In this document: positions 8,358-16,531 of the stretch, piece by piece
Layout of the letters: the number at the start of each line of letters is the position of its first letter
Numbering within the stretch: position 1 is the stretch's first letter
Assembly (NCBI RefSeq): GCF_042660085.1
Contig: NZ_JBHSTI010000008.1
Location: 2,295,604 to 2,327,603, forward strand
From: Longivirga aurantiaca
Lineage (GTDB): Bacteria; Actinomycetota; Actinomycetes; S36-B12; CAIYMF01
Direction: 5' to 3'
Length of the DNA stretch: 32,000 bases
Notes under the pieces: generated by a model
What the model saw: the letters and a program-made list of their open reading frames with translations, nothing else
What the model was told of the DNA's origin: nothing
Databases searched by the model: none
Program-made: the position numbers and the translations under genes

Positions 8358-10535
8358 TCAGGCGAGGATCGCGACGCCGTCGAAGCCCAGGGCGCCGGTG
8401 GCGCCGCCGGTCATGTTGACGACCTTCACGGTGTGGGTGCTGGTCGAGCCGAAGGACTTCACGACGGCGACGCGGACGCTGCTGGCGGTCGCGCTCATGT
8501 CCACCGTGGCGACCTTCACGCCGTCCACGAGCACCGCGACCGTTCCGTGGTGCGATCCGCGCTGCAGCAGCACCGCGATGCTCGACGCCGTCACGGTCGT
8601 GGTGGCCGAGGCGTACTTCGTCGAGGTCCGGTGGAGGCTGCCGCCGTTGGCCGACGACGTCGTGCTCAGGGTCCAGGGTCCGACGTACGTCGTCGCGACC
8701 CGGTCGCTGCGGTAGTTGGCCTTCGTGGCACCGGTCGCCGTCCAGATCGTGCCCTCGCCGTCGGTCACCGTCGTCGTACGGCGCAGCATGTTCCACGCGC
8801 TAGACGCGAGCCCCGTGGTGAGCGTTCGCGCGGTGGTGGTGCCGGCCTCGGTGGTCACGCCCCACGACCAGGTGACGGGGACGACCGGGCCGCTCGACGT
8901 ACGGGTCATGGTGCCTGTGCGCAGCGAGGCGACGGGGTCGGTCATGCCGAGGACGGCGACCGCGAGCTGCGTGACTGCCGGAACTCCGCCGATCTCGTAG
9001 TCGACGACGGCCGCGGAGGACGAGGTCGAGACGAGGCGCACGCGGAGCCTGCCGTCGGCCAGCTCGACCCAGGAGTTGCGCGGGAGCGCTGCGTCGAGCG
9101 CGCCGAGCGACGCGTCAGCGGTCGAGGGGTCGCCGTCGAGCAGGAGCGACTCGCGCAGCGGGAACGACGTGCTGCCCGCGGTCTCCCGGCGCACGGTCAC
9201 ACCGGTGGAGCCCCACCCGGGGGCGCCGGCCATCCAGGCGTCCTGCCCCGTCGCGGCGCGGAACTCGAGCACGTACGACGTGGTGCCGTCCGCCAGCGTG
9301 AGCAGCCGCAGTCCGGCGCCGCTCTCGAGCGGGGCGAGCACGGCGCGACCGGACCGGGTTGGCCGGGCCTGGGCGGACGACGACGTGAGCAGGCCGAGGT
9401 AGCGCAGGTGCGACCCGTTGAGGAAGCCCTGGTTCTGCCACGAGACGCCCATGATGTCGTTGGTGTCGAGGTACGACTTCTTCACGCAGGCGGCGCCTGC
9501 GGCGTCGGTGACGCGAGTCCCGCCGCTCGTGCAGGCGAGGGTCGAGGAGTGGCCGAGGCTGAGGTTGTGACCGAGCTCGTGGCCGAGGACGCCGGTCGTG
9601 TTGTAGCCGTTGCTCCAGAGCATGCCGCCCGAGGCCCGGTCCGATCCGACCGTGCCGAGCCCGGCGATGCCGCCGCAGGAGGTCAACGTGCGGAAGTAGA
9701 CGACGAGGTGCTTGCCCGGTCCCTCGCTCCACCCGGTCGTGGCCTTGATCTCGTTCCAGAACTCGAACGACGTCGACGCGTCGCCGCTGGCGGCGCACGG
9801 GGTGGACGCGGTCTTCACGACCGACGGGTACGCCGTGGCGTCGAACGTGACCGAGCCGCCCGTCATCCTCGACCAGTAGCTGCTGACCGAGCCGCGGACG
9901 GTGGCGGCGACGTCGGCTGCCGACACGCTCGAGGCCGTCCCGTTCGACGGCGTGGCGACCACGACGAGCACGTGGTGGCTCGCGCTGCTGGTGGCCTGCA
10001 CCGTGACCGCAGCGGGAGCCGCACCTGTGCCGGTGTCGGTGAGCCCGGCCGCGGGCTGCGCGACGACGGCGAGCCCGGTGACGGCCGCCCCGGCCTCGGT
10101 GTCGGTGCCGTCGGTCACGAAGGGCTCGACACCGGACGCCGACACCTCGGCGGTTGCCGAGTCGGCCAGCGAGACACGGACCGTGGCCCCGTCCGCCACC
10201 TGTGCGAGCGCCGAGGCCGGCACCTGTACGGCGGCGTCGCCGGTGTTCACGAACGTGAGCGATGCGTCGTCCTCGCCGGCCTCGTGGCTGGCGAAGTCGT
10301 CGACGAGGAACCGCTCGACAGTGCCCGTCACGACCAGCTCGGAATCGGGACCGGACGCCGCGGCCGACGCCGCGGGGGCGAAGCCGACCACCAGGCCGAC
10401 GGCGACGGCACAGGCCGTCGCTGCCAGGACCGGGGCATGGCGTCGCGTCATGCCCACTGCTTCGGCGACCCGCTCCCCCGGTCTTTCGGCCCACTGCTCC
10501 GTTCGGGTCGCCGGGTTGTGTGACGCGGCCGACAT
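8358..10535 (-). CDS. Secreted multidomain zinc metalloprotease, metzincin type (copy 2; paralogue of 4765-6975)
   Basis: HELGHNLSLGH is encoded at 9549-9581 and the Met-turn candidate is DTNDIMGVSW. It is collinear with copy 1 over its whole length. The signal-like segment MTRRHAPVLAATACAVAVGLVVGFAPAASA starts at the alternative ATG 10451. Confidence 0.75.
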   Translation of the reverse strand: MSAASHNPATRTEQWAERPGERVAEAVGMTRRHAPVLAATACAVAVGLVVGFAPAASAAASGPDSELVVTGTVERFLVDDFASHEAGEDDASLTFVNTGDAAVQVPASALAQVADGATVRVSLADSATAEVSASGVEPFVTDGTDTEAGAAVTGLAVVAQPAAGLTDTGTGAAPAAVTVQATSSASHHVLVVVATPSNGTASSVSAADVAATVRGSVSSYWSRMTGGSVTFDATAYPSVVKTASTPCAASGDASTSFEFWNEIKATTGWSEGPGKHLVVYFRTLTSCGGIAGLGTVGSDRASGGMLWSNGYNTTGVLGHELGHNLSLGHSSTLACTSGGTRVTDAAGAACVKKSYLDTNDIMGVSWQNQGFLNGSHLRYLGLLTSSSAQARPTRSGRAVLAPLESGAGLRLLTLADGTTSYVLEFRAATGQDAWMAGAPGWGSTGVTVRRETAGSTSFPLRESLLLDGDPSTADASLGALDAALPRNSWVELADGRLRVRLVSTSSSAAVVDYEIGGVPAVTQLAVAVLGMTDPVASLRTGTMTRTSSGPVVPVTWSWGVTTEAGTTTARTLTTGLASSAWNMLRRTTTVTDGEGTIWTATGATKANYRSDRVATTYVGPWTLSTTSSANGGSLHRTSTKYASATTTVTASSIAVLLQRGSHHGTVAVLVDGVKVATVDMSATASSVRVAVVKSFGSTSTHTVKVVNMTGGATGALGFDGVAILA

Positions 10536-10541
10536 CCCCGC

Positions 10542-10555
10542 GATGACCGGTCATC
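10542..10555. promoter_or_regulatory. 14-bp perfect palindrome GATGACCGGTCATC; candidate operator
   Basis: It lies between the divergent protease copy 2 and membrane-protein genes. A further TGACCG half-site sits immediately beside it (complement of CGGTCA at 10557-10562). Confidence 0.3.
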
Positions 10556-10673
10556 GACGGTCACGCACCGTGCGCGACCACGCCGTACGACCTCCCGCCG
10601 CCCCGGCGTTCCGACCGCGCAACGTGACGGCACCCGGTCGTCCGCCTGCCGCCGGCGCTGGCAGACTCGAGCC

Positions 10674-11222
10674 GTGACCGCACCGCCGCCCGAGAACCCG
10701 GCCACCGCACCCGTCCCCGCGACCGAGCACGAGGACGAGGGCAGGTACGACGCCGGCGACCCGCACCGCCGGCGGTCGGCGCATCTGCTCGGCCTCATCG
10801 TGAGCGGCGCCGTGCTCGCCACCGCCCCGGACGACTACCGGCTCGCCCGCGTCTGCGCCGCGCTGGTCGCGACGCTCGCCGTCTACTGGATCGCCGAGAC
10901 GTACGTGCACTGGATCGCCACCCGCACCATCCACAGGCGCGACCTCACCGGCCCCGAGCGCATGCGGATCGTGAAGGACGGCTGGCCGCTCATGGCGGCG
11001 AGCATCGTCCCGGTCGTCGTGCTGCTCGTGGAGGCGCTGCTGCAGATCGAGACGGCGACGGCGGTCAAGGTGGCCCTGGTGGTCAACACCCTGCTCCTCG
11101 GCCTGGTCGGCTGGAACATGGGCCGCGCCGGCGGCCTGCGCGGCGCCCGGCTCCTCGCGTCGTCGTGCCTCACCGCGCTGTTCGGCGTCGTCATGATCGT
11201 CCTCAAGTCCAGCCTGCACTGA
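10674..11222 (+). CDS. Hypothetical integral membrane protein (about 5 predicted TM segments)
   Basis: Good GC3 bias. Hydrophobic segments include HLLGLIVSGAVLATA, LVATLAVYWIAETYV, WPLMAASIVPVVVLLVEALL, VALVVNTLLLGLVGW and LTALFGVVMIVL. No family recognised. GTG start, possibly leaderless (CAGACT lies 6 nt upstream). Confidence 0.6.
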   Translation: MTAPPPENPATAPVPATEHEDEGRYDAGDPHRRRSAHLLGLIVSGAVLATAPDDYRLARVCAALVATLAVYWIAETYVHWIATRTIHRRDLTGPERMRIVKDGWPLMAASIVPVVVLLVEALLQIETATAVKVALVVNTLLLGLVGWNMGRAGGLRGARLLASSCLTALFGVVMIVLKSSLH

Positions 11223-11233
11223 CCCGGACGTGC

Positions 11234-11268
11234 GAGAGCCCCGCAGCGCTAGGCGCTGCGGGGCTCTC
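11234..11268. terminator. Bidirectional terminator hairpin between convergent genes
   Basis: GAGAGCCCCGCAGCGC-TAG-GCGCTGCGGGGCTCTC, a perfect 16-bp stem. Confidence 0.7.
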
Positions 11269-11285
11269 GACCGTGGATCGGTGCG

Positions 11286-11669
11286 TCAGGACGCGAGCGC
11301 CTTGGCCTTGATCGCGTCGAACTCCTCCTGGGAGATCGCACCCGAGCTGAGCAGGTCGTGCGCGTTCTTGATCTGCGCGGTCGGGTCGGCCGCGGGGGCC
11401 GCCACCGAGCGGATGTAGTCGGCCTGGGCGGCCTCGGCGGCCCTGTACTGCGCCATGTCGCGCTCGGTCATGCCCTTGCCGCGGGCGATGACGTAGATCA
11501 GCGCCGCGAGGAGGGTGAGCGCGAACAGGAAGATCAGCCAGCCGGCCTTCGCCCAGCCGCTGAGGTCATCGCTGCGGAAGATGTCCACGATGATGCGGAA
11601 CAGCAGGATGAAGTACATGACCATGAAGAAGAAGACGAGGAGCGTCCAGAGCCAGTCGACGAGGTTCAT
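11286..11669 (-). CDS. Small membrane protein with a PLD-nuclease N-terminal (PLDc_N-type) TM domain and a C-terminal SHOCT domain
   Basis: Two TM helices with the ...FRSDDLSGWAKAGWLIFLF... pattern. The C-terminal LLSSGAISQEEFDAIKAKAL is the SHOCT signature. Confidence 0.75.
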   Translation of the reverse strand: MNLVDWLWTLLVFFFMVMYFILLFRIIVDIFRSDDLSGWAKAGWLIFLFALTLLAALIYVIARGKGMTERDMAQYRAAEAAQADYIRSVAAPAADPTAQIKNAHDLLSSGAISQEEFDAIKAKALAS

Positions 11670-11883
11670 CGCTGAGCCTTTCCTTTAGTGAAGTGGCCCG
11701 TGGCCGGGCCGCGGTCCGGCCGGGATTGGCGGCCGGTGCGGTTCGCACCGCCGTGACGCACAGGGTGCCTCCCGGCCCCCTCGAACGTCCCAGCAGACAT
11801 CCTGGCCCATCCGACTCTCCGGGGTCGGACAGACACAGAAAGTCGGTCGGTTCGTGACCATCGGCCCGGGGCCCGGACGAGCG

Positions 11884-11912
11884 GCGACACACCGCTCGCA
11901 CAGGTCTAGGTT
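11884..11912 (+). promoter_or_regulatory. Candidate sigma-70-type promoter for the arc cluster
   Basis: GCGACA (11884-11889), 17 nt, then TAGGTT (11907-11912), about 100 nt upstream of the arcD ATG. Sequence pattern only. Confidence 0.25.
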
Positions 11913-12013
11913 GGATCTGCGGGACACCCACGCGGGCCTGCACCAGGACGCGGGGCACGGTCCCGTACCGCGCGGCCTGCTCGGCCGCTCGGTCGGCGGG
12001 AGGGGTCCTCCGT

Positions 12014-13504
12014 ATGAGCACCACGAGAACACCATCAGCAGCACCGCTGGCGCCGCAGAAGCCCGGACGGGCGCTGGGCCTGCCCCAGGCCACCGCGCTC
12101 ATCGTCGGCAGCATCATCGGGGTCGGGATCTTCAACCTGCCCGGCTCCCTCGCCTCGTACGGCCCCATCAGCATCTGGGCCATGGTCCTCACCACCGTGG
12201 GCGCCCTCGCCCTCGCCCTGATGTTCGCCAGCATGTCCCGGCGGCTTCCCGCCGACGGCGGACCGTACGCCTACGCGCGTACGGCGTTCGGCAACGGGAC
12301 GGGTTTCGCCAACGCGTGGTCCTACTGGATCACCGCATGGGCGGGCAACGCCGCGATCGTGGTCGGCTGGGTGTTCTACGTCCAGTACGTCATCGGCGGC
12401 TGGCTCGACGCCCAGGGCCTCGACACCGGCTGGCTGGGCACGACGGTGCCGATCCTCGGCCAGGACCTCGCCGTCTGGCCGGTCCTGTTCGCGGTCGTCG
12501 GGCTCTGGCTGCCCGCCGGCGTCAACCTGCTCGGCGTGAAGAACATGGGCGCGGTCCAGCTCTGGACGTCGGTCATCAAGTTCGTGCCGCTGGCGCTGAT
12601 GTCGACGGTCGGCCTGTTCGCCATCTCGACCGACAACTTCAGCCCGATGAACCTCTCCGGCGACAGCGACGCGCAGGCGATCCTGGGCGCGATGGCGCTG
12701 TGCCTGTTCTCCTACCTCGGCGTCGAGACGGCGTCGGTCGCCGCGGCCAAGGTGCGCAACCCCGACGTGAACGTCCCCCGCTCCACCATCTTCGGCACGC
12801 TCGCGACCGCAGCGGTCTACCTGCTGTCGCTGATCGCGGTCTTCGGCTCGGTCCCGAGCACGGTGCTCGGCGAGAGCTCCGCGCCGTACTCCACGGCGGC
12901 CGACGCGATGACCGGTGGCACCTGGGCCGGCTGGGTCGTCGCCGCCTGCGTCATCATCTCCGGCTTCGGAGCGCTCAACGGCTGGACCATGATCTGCGCC
13001 GAGATGCCGCTCGCCGCAGCCAACGACGGCCTCTTCCCCACGCGCTTCGGGCGCATGTCCGCGCGCGGCGTCCCCGCGTTCGGGATCATCGCCTCCACAG
13101 TGCTCGCCACGGTGGCGGTGGTGTTCGCCAACTGGGGCAGCAGCGGCTACACGGTGTTCAACACCCTGGTCTACATGTCCGGCATCACCGCGGCGATCCC
13201 GTACATCTTCTCCGGGCTGGCGCAGCTGAAGTGGCGCATCACCGACTCGAGGAAGGTCCACACCCCGAGGCTCGTCCGCGACCTGGTCGTCGCCGTGGTC
13301 GCGATCGTGTTCTCCGTGCTCTTCATCGTCTACTCGCGGAACACCGGTGACGAGAACACCCTCATCCAGGAGTACGCACCGTTCATCATGGCTGGTGCCG
13401 CCTTCGTCATCGGGATCCCGGTCTACCTGTCCCAGCGCAAGCGGATGACCGAGCCCGAGCCCGTCCCCGACTACCCGACAACGCGCACGGAGGTGGCCTC
13501 ATGA
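12014..13504 (+). CDS. arcD: APC-superfamily basic amino acid antiporter, arginine/ornithine antiporter type
   Basis: [27 protein letters not shown] matches the APA-family N-terminus and there are about 12 TM segments. Its stop overlaps the arcA start (ATGA at 13501-13504). RBS GGGAGGGG. Confidence 0.8.
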   Translation: MSTTRTPSAAPLAPQKPGRALGLPQATALIVGSIIGVGIFNLPGSLASYGPISIWAMVLTTVGALALALMFASMSRRLPADGGPYAYARTAFGNGTGFANAWSYWITAWAGNAAIVVGWVFYVQYVIGGWLDAQGLDTGWLGTTVPILGQDLAVWPVLFAVVGLWLPAGVNLLGVKNMGAVQLWTSVIKFVPLALMSTVGLFAISTDNFSPMNLSGDSDAQAILGAMALCLFSYLGVETASVAAAKVRNPDVNVPRSTIFGTLATAAVYLLSLIAVFGSVPSTVLGESSAPYSTAADAMTGGTWAGWVVAACVIISGFGALNGWTMICAEMPLAAANDGLFPTRFGRMSARGVPAFGIIASTVLATVAVVFANWGSSGYTVFNTLVYMSGITAAIPYIFSGLAQLKWRITDSRKVHTPRLVRDLVVAVVAIVFSVLFIVYSRNTGDENTLIQEYAPFIMAGAAFVIGIPVYLSQRKRMTEPEPVPDYPTTRTEVAS

Positions 13505-14727
13505 CGTTCCACGTCGACTCGGAGGTGGGAGTCCTCAAGCAGGCGATCCTGCACCGGCCCGGCCTCGAGCTCTCACGCCTGACGCCGCAGAACGTCGAGG
13601 ACCTGCTGTTCGACGACGTCATGTGGGCCGAACGGGCGCGCGAGGAGCACGACGCGTTCGCCGCCAGCCTGCGCGACAAGGGCGTCACGGTGCACCTGTT
13701 CCACGAGCTCCTCGTCACCGCGCTCGACCAACCCGGGGCGCGGGACTTCATCGCCGACGAGCTCACCACCGCCAACCGCTTCGGCCCCGCGCTCGAGGCA
13801 CAGCTCGACGAGCTCGTGCTCCGGGCGCCGGCCGAGACGCTCGCCGAGGTGCTCATCGGCGGCGTGCTGCGCAAGGACATCGATCTCGACGAGGGCGCCA
13901 GCCTGCTGTGGGCCTATCTCGAGCCGATGGACTTCCTGCTCCGCCCGCTGCCGAACCACCTCTTCCAGCGCGACAACTCCGCCTTCGTGTACGACGGGCT
14001 GTCGGTTAACCCGATGTCGAAGCCCGCCCGCAAGCGGGAGACGATCAACTCCCGCGCGGTGTGGAACTTCCACCCGATGTTCCGCGACGCCGGGCTGCAC
14101 TTCTACTACGGCAACGACAACGAGTACCACGACCCCGCGAACGTCGAGGGCGGCGACATCCTCGTGATCGGCAACGGCGCGGTCATGGTCGGCATGGGAG
14201 AGCGGACGACCCCGCAGGGCGTGGAGTTCCTCGCCCGGCAGTGGTTCGCCCACGGCAAGGTCACCCGCGTGATCGTCGTCGAGCTGCCCAAGGAGCGGGC
14301 GTTCATGCACCTCGACACCGCCATGACGATGATCGACCGGGACGCCTTCAGCGTGTACCCGTTCCTGTCCGGGAACCTGCGCTGCTTCACCCTCGAGCCC
14401 ATCGGGTCCGGTGAAGGCGACTACAAGGTGGCCGAGCACGACGAGCTCTTCCCCGTCGTGGCCGAGTCGCTCGGGCTCGACCGGCTGCGGGTGCTCAAGA
14501 CGCCGATCGACGAGCACGGCGCCGCGCGCGAGCAGTGGGACGACGGCAACAACTTCCTTGCCGTCGCACCGGGAGTCATCTTCGGGTACGAGCGCAACAC
14601 CACCACCAACACGTTCCTGCGCCGCAACGGGATCGAGGTCGTCACCATCGCCGGCTCGGAGCTCGGACGCGGCCGCGGCGGCCCGCGCTGCATGACCTGC
14701 CCCATCGAGCGCGAGCCCGTGGGCTGA
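13501..14727 (+). CDS. arcA: Arginine deiminase
   Basis: [24 protein letters not shown]...[12 protein letters not shown]...[12 protein letters not shown] (catalytic Cys motif). Confidence 0.92.
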   Translation: MTFHVDSEVGVLKQAILHRPGLELSRLTPQNVEDLLFDDVMWAERAREEHDAFAASLRDKGVTVHLFHELLVTALDQPGARDFIADELTTANRFGPALEAQLDELVLRAPAETLAEVLIGGVLRKDIDLDEGASLLWAYLEPMDFLLRPLPNHLFQRDNSAFVYDGLSVNPMSKPARKRETINSRAVWNFHPMFRDAGLHFYYGNDNEYHDPANVEGGDILVIGNGAVMVGMGERTTPQGVEFLARQWFAHGKVTRVIVVELPKERAFMHLDTAMTMIDRDAFSVYPFLSGNLRCFTLEPIGSGEGDYKVAEHDELFPVVAESLGLDRLRVLKTPIDEHGAAREQWDDGNNFLAVAPGVIFGYERNTTTNTFLRRNGIEVVTIAGSELGRGRGGPRCMTCPIEREPVG

Positions 14728-14773
14728 GGCCCTCTAGGCTCGGAAGACACGTGAGAGACGGAGACAAGACGAG

Positions 14774-15781
14774 ATGTCGTTCAACCTGCGCAACCGCGAC
14801 TTCCTGAAGGAGGTCGACTTCACCACCCAGGAGCTGCAGTTCCTGCTCGACCTCGCGCGCGACCTCAAGCGCGCGAAGTACTCGGGCACCGAGGTGCAGC
14901 GCATGCGCGGCAAGAACGTGGCGCTGATCTTCGAGAAGACCTCGACGCGCACGCGCTGCGCGTTCGAGGTCGGCGCCTACGACCAGGGCGCGAACGTGAC
15001 CTACCTCGACCCGTCCGGGTCCCAGATGGGGCACAAGGAGTCGACCGCCGACACCGCGCGCGTGCTGTCGCGCATGTTCGACGCGATCGAGTTCCGCGGC
15101 TCGGCGCAGTCCACCGTCGAGGAGCTCGCGGCGTACTCCGACGTGCCGGTCTACAACGGCCTCACCGACGAGTGGCACCCGACCCAGATGCTCGCCGACT
15201 TCCTCACGATGTCGGAGCACTCGGGCGGCAAGCAGATCTCGGACATCGCCTACTGCTACCTCGGGGACGCCCGCTCCAACATGGGCAACTCGCTTCTGGT
15301 CATGGGCGCCATCATGGGCTCGGACGTGCGCATCGCGGCCCCGAAGGAGCTGTGGCCGTCCGACGAGGTCCAGGAGATCGCCCGCCAGCGCGCAGAGCAG
15401 TCGGGCGCGCGCATCACGCTGACCGAGGATCCCGCCGAGGGCCTCGCCGGCGTCGATCACGTGCACACGGACGTCTGGGTCTCCATGGGCGAGCCCAAGG
15501 AGGTCTGGGACCAGCGGGTGCACCTGCTCGCGCCGTACCAGGTCAACGCCGCCGCGATGAAGGCAACCGGCAACCCGCACGCGAAGTTCCTGCACTGCCT
15601 CCCCGCGTTCCACGACACCAACACGGTCGTGGGCCGCGACATCGCGGCGAAGACCGGCATGACCGAGGGCCTCGAGGTCACGCACGACGTGTTCGAGTCC
15701 CCCGCGTCGGTCGTGTTCGACCAGGCCGAGAACCGCCTGCACACGATCAAGGCGATCATGGTCGCCACGATCGGCGACTGA
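14774..15781 (+). CDS. arcB: Ornithine carbamoyltransferase (catabolic context)
   Basis: [13 protein letters not shown] (carbamoyl-phosphate site), HPTQMLAD, and HCLPAFH. Confidence 0.92.
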   Translation: MSFNLRNRDFLKEVDFTTQELQFLLDLARDLKRAKYSGTEVQRMRGKNVALIFEKTSTRTRCAFEVGAYDQGANVTYLDPSGSQMGHKESTADTARVLSRMFDAIEFRGSAQSTVEELAAYSDVPVYNGLTDEWHPTQMLADFLTMSEHSGGKQISDIAYCYLGDARSNMGNSLLVMGAIMGSDVRIAAPKELWPSDEVQEIARQRAEQSGARITLTEDPAEGLAGVDHVHTDVWVSMGEPKEVWDQRVHLLAPYQVNAAAMKATGNPHAKFLHCLPAFHDTNTVVGRDIAAKTGMTEGLEVTHDVFESPASVVFDQAENRLHTIKAIMVATIGD

Positions 15782-15806
15782 ACCCGCCGCGTCAGTCAGC
15801 ACGAAC

Positions 15807-15838
15807 GGAGAAGCCCGGGTCCTGGCCCGGGCTTCTCC
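15807..15838 (+). terminator. Terminator hairpin after arcB
   Basis: GGAGAAGCCCGGG (15807-15819) pairs perfectly with CCCGGGCTTCTCC (15826-15838). Confidence 0.65.
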
Positions 15839-15858
15839 GCGGGTCTACCGTCGCCCGC

Positions 15859-16287
15859 ATGACGGTCACCATCCCCTGGCTCGGGGTCCTCGTCGCGTTC
15901 GTCGTCGCGTTCGTCGCGAACTTCCTGTGGTTCGGCCCCAGGACGATGTTCCCGATCTGGTGGCGTGCGCTCGGCCACACGGACGGCGAGCAGCTCGAGA
16001 ACGGCGACGGCATGGCCAAGGTCTTCGGCCTCACCGTGGTCGGCCTGCTCGTGCAGGTGCTCACGATGTCGTGGATCCTGCAGGCCTGCGCCGCGCTCTA
16101 CGACCAGGAGGTCACGGTCGGCACGGGGCTCCTCGTCGGTGCGCTGGTGGGAGCGGGCATCGCGGCCGCGGCCTCGCTCGGCCACCGGCTCTTCTCCGGC
16201 CAGGGCCTCAAGGTCTGGGCCATCGAGGTCGGCGGCGACATCCTCGGGCTCACCCTCATCGGCGGCGTGCTCAGCTTCTGGCTCTGA
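15859..16287 (+). CDS. DUF1761-family small membrane protein
   Basis: MTVTIPWLGVLVAFVVAFVANFLWFGPRTMFPIWWRALG... The internal ATG at 15859 is in frame with the track ORF 15172-16287, whose 5' part overlaps arcB. Confidence 0.65.
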   Translation: MTVTIPWLGVLVAFVVAFVANFLWFGPRTMFPIWWRALGHTDGEQLENGDGMAKVFGLTVVGLLVQVLTMSWILQACAALYDQEVTVGTGLLVGALVGAGIAAAASLGHRLFSGQGLKVWAIEVGGDILGLTLIGGVLSFWL

Positions 16288-16531
16288 TCCTCGCCGCGCC
16301 ACGCGCTCCTCGGCGTCGGCCACCGGTGACGGGCGCACCGGTTCCTGGCGCCCCTGCCGTGGCGGAAACCGGCGTGCTCGAGTCGTCCCTGCTGAGCCGG
16401 GCCTCGGTCTCCTCGCGCTCGCTGGGCAGATCCTGGGGCAGCGCACTCGACCCCCGGCCTCCCTGCGGGAACCTCTGCCGGATGCCGCCGCCGGGCCTAG
16501 GGTCGGGCCTGCCGAACGAGGAGGAGGACGC

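Noticed and set aside
8433-10523. 696-aa ORF on the plus strand, plus the 479-aa ORF 9115-10554 (minus strand, other frame)
   Set aside because: Both overlap protease copy 2, which has the HEXXHXXGXXH motif and a full-length paralogue. Their translations are Arg/Gly-rich shadow products.
7829-11222. Possibility of an intact genomic island or integrative element at tRNA-His
   Set aside because: No integrase, excisionase, transposase or phage gene is present. I saw no second copy of the tRNA 3' end farther downstream, and GC content and codon usage look native. Only a short scar-like repeat is supported.
11905-11975. CTAGGTTGG...GGGAC stretch upstream of arcD, considered as a ykkC/guanidine-type riboswitch
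   Set aside because: Only the first few nucleotides resemble the motif. The conserved cores I recall (GGUCCGAGAG, ACACGGCGGGA, CCCGGGAGA) are absent. It is more simply a -10-like TAGGTT plus a GC-rich leader.
16288-16531. 244-bp leader of the TrkA-C permease, considered as a ydaO (c-di-AMP) or other riboswitch
   Set aside because: The conserved ydaO segments were not found. I saw only generic GC-rich pairings (CACCGGTG, GGGCGC/GCGCCC), some of which may terminate the DUF1761 gene.
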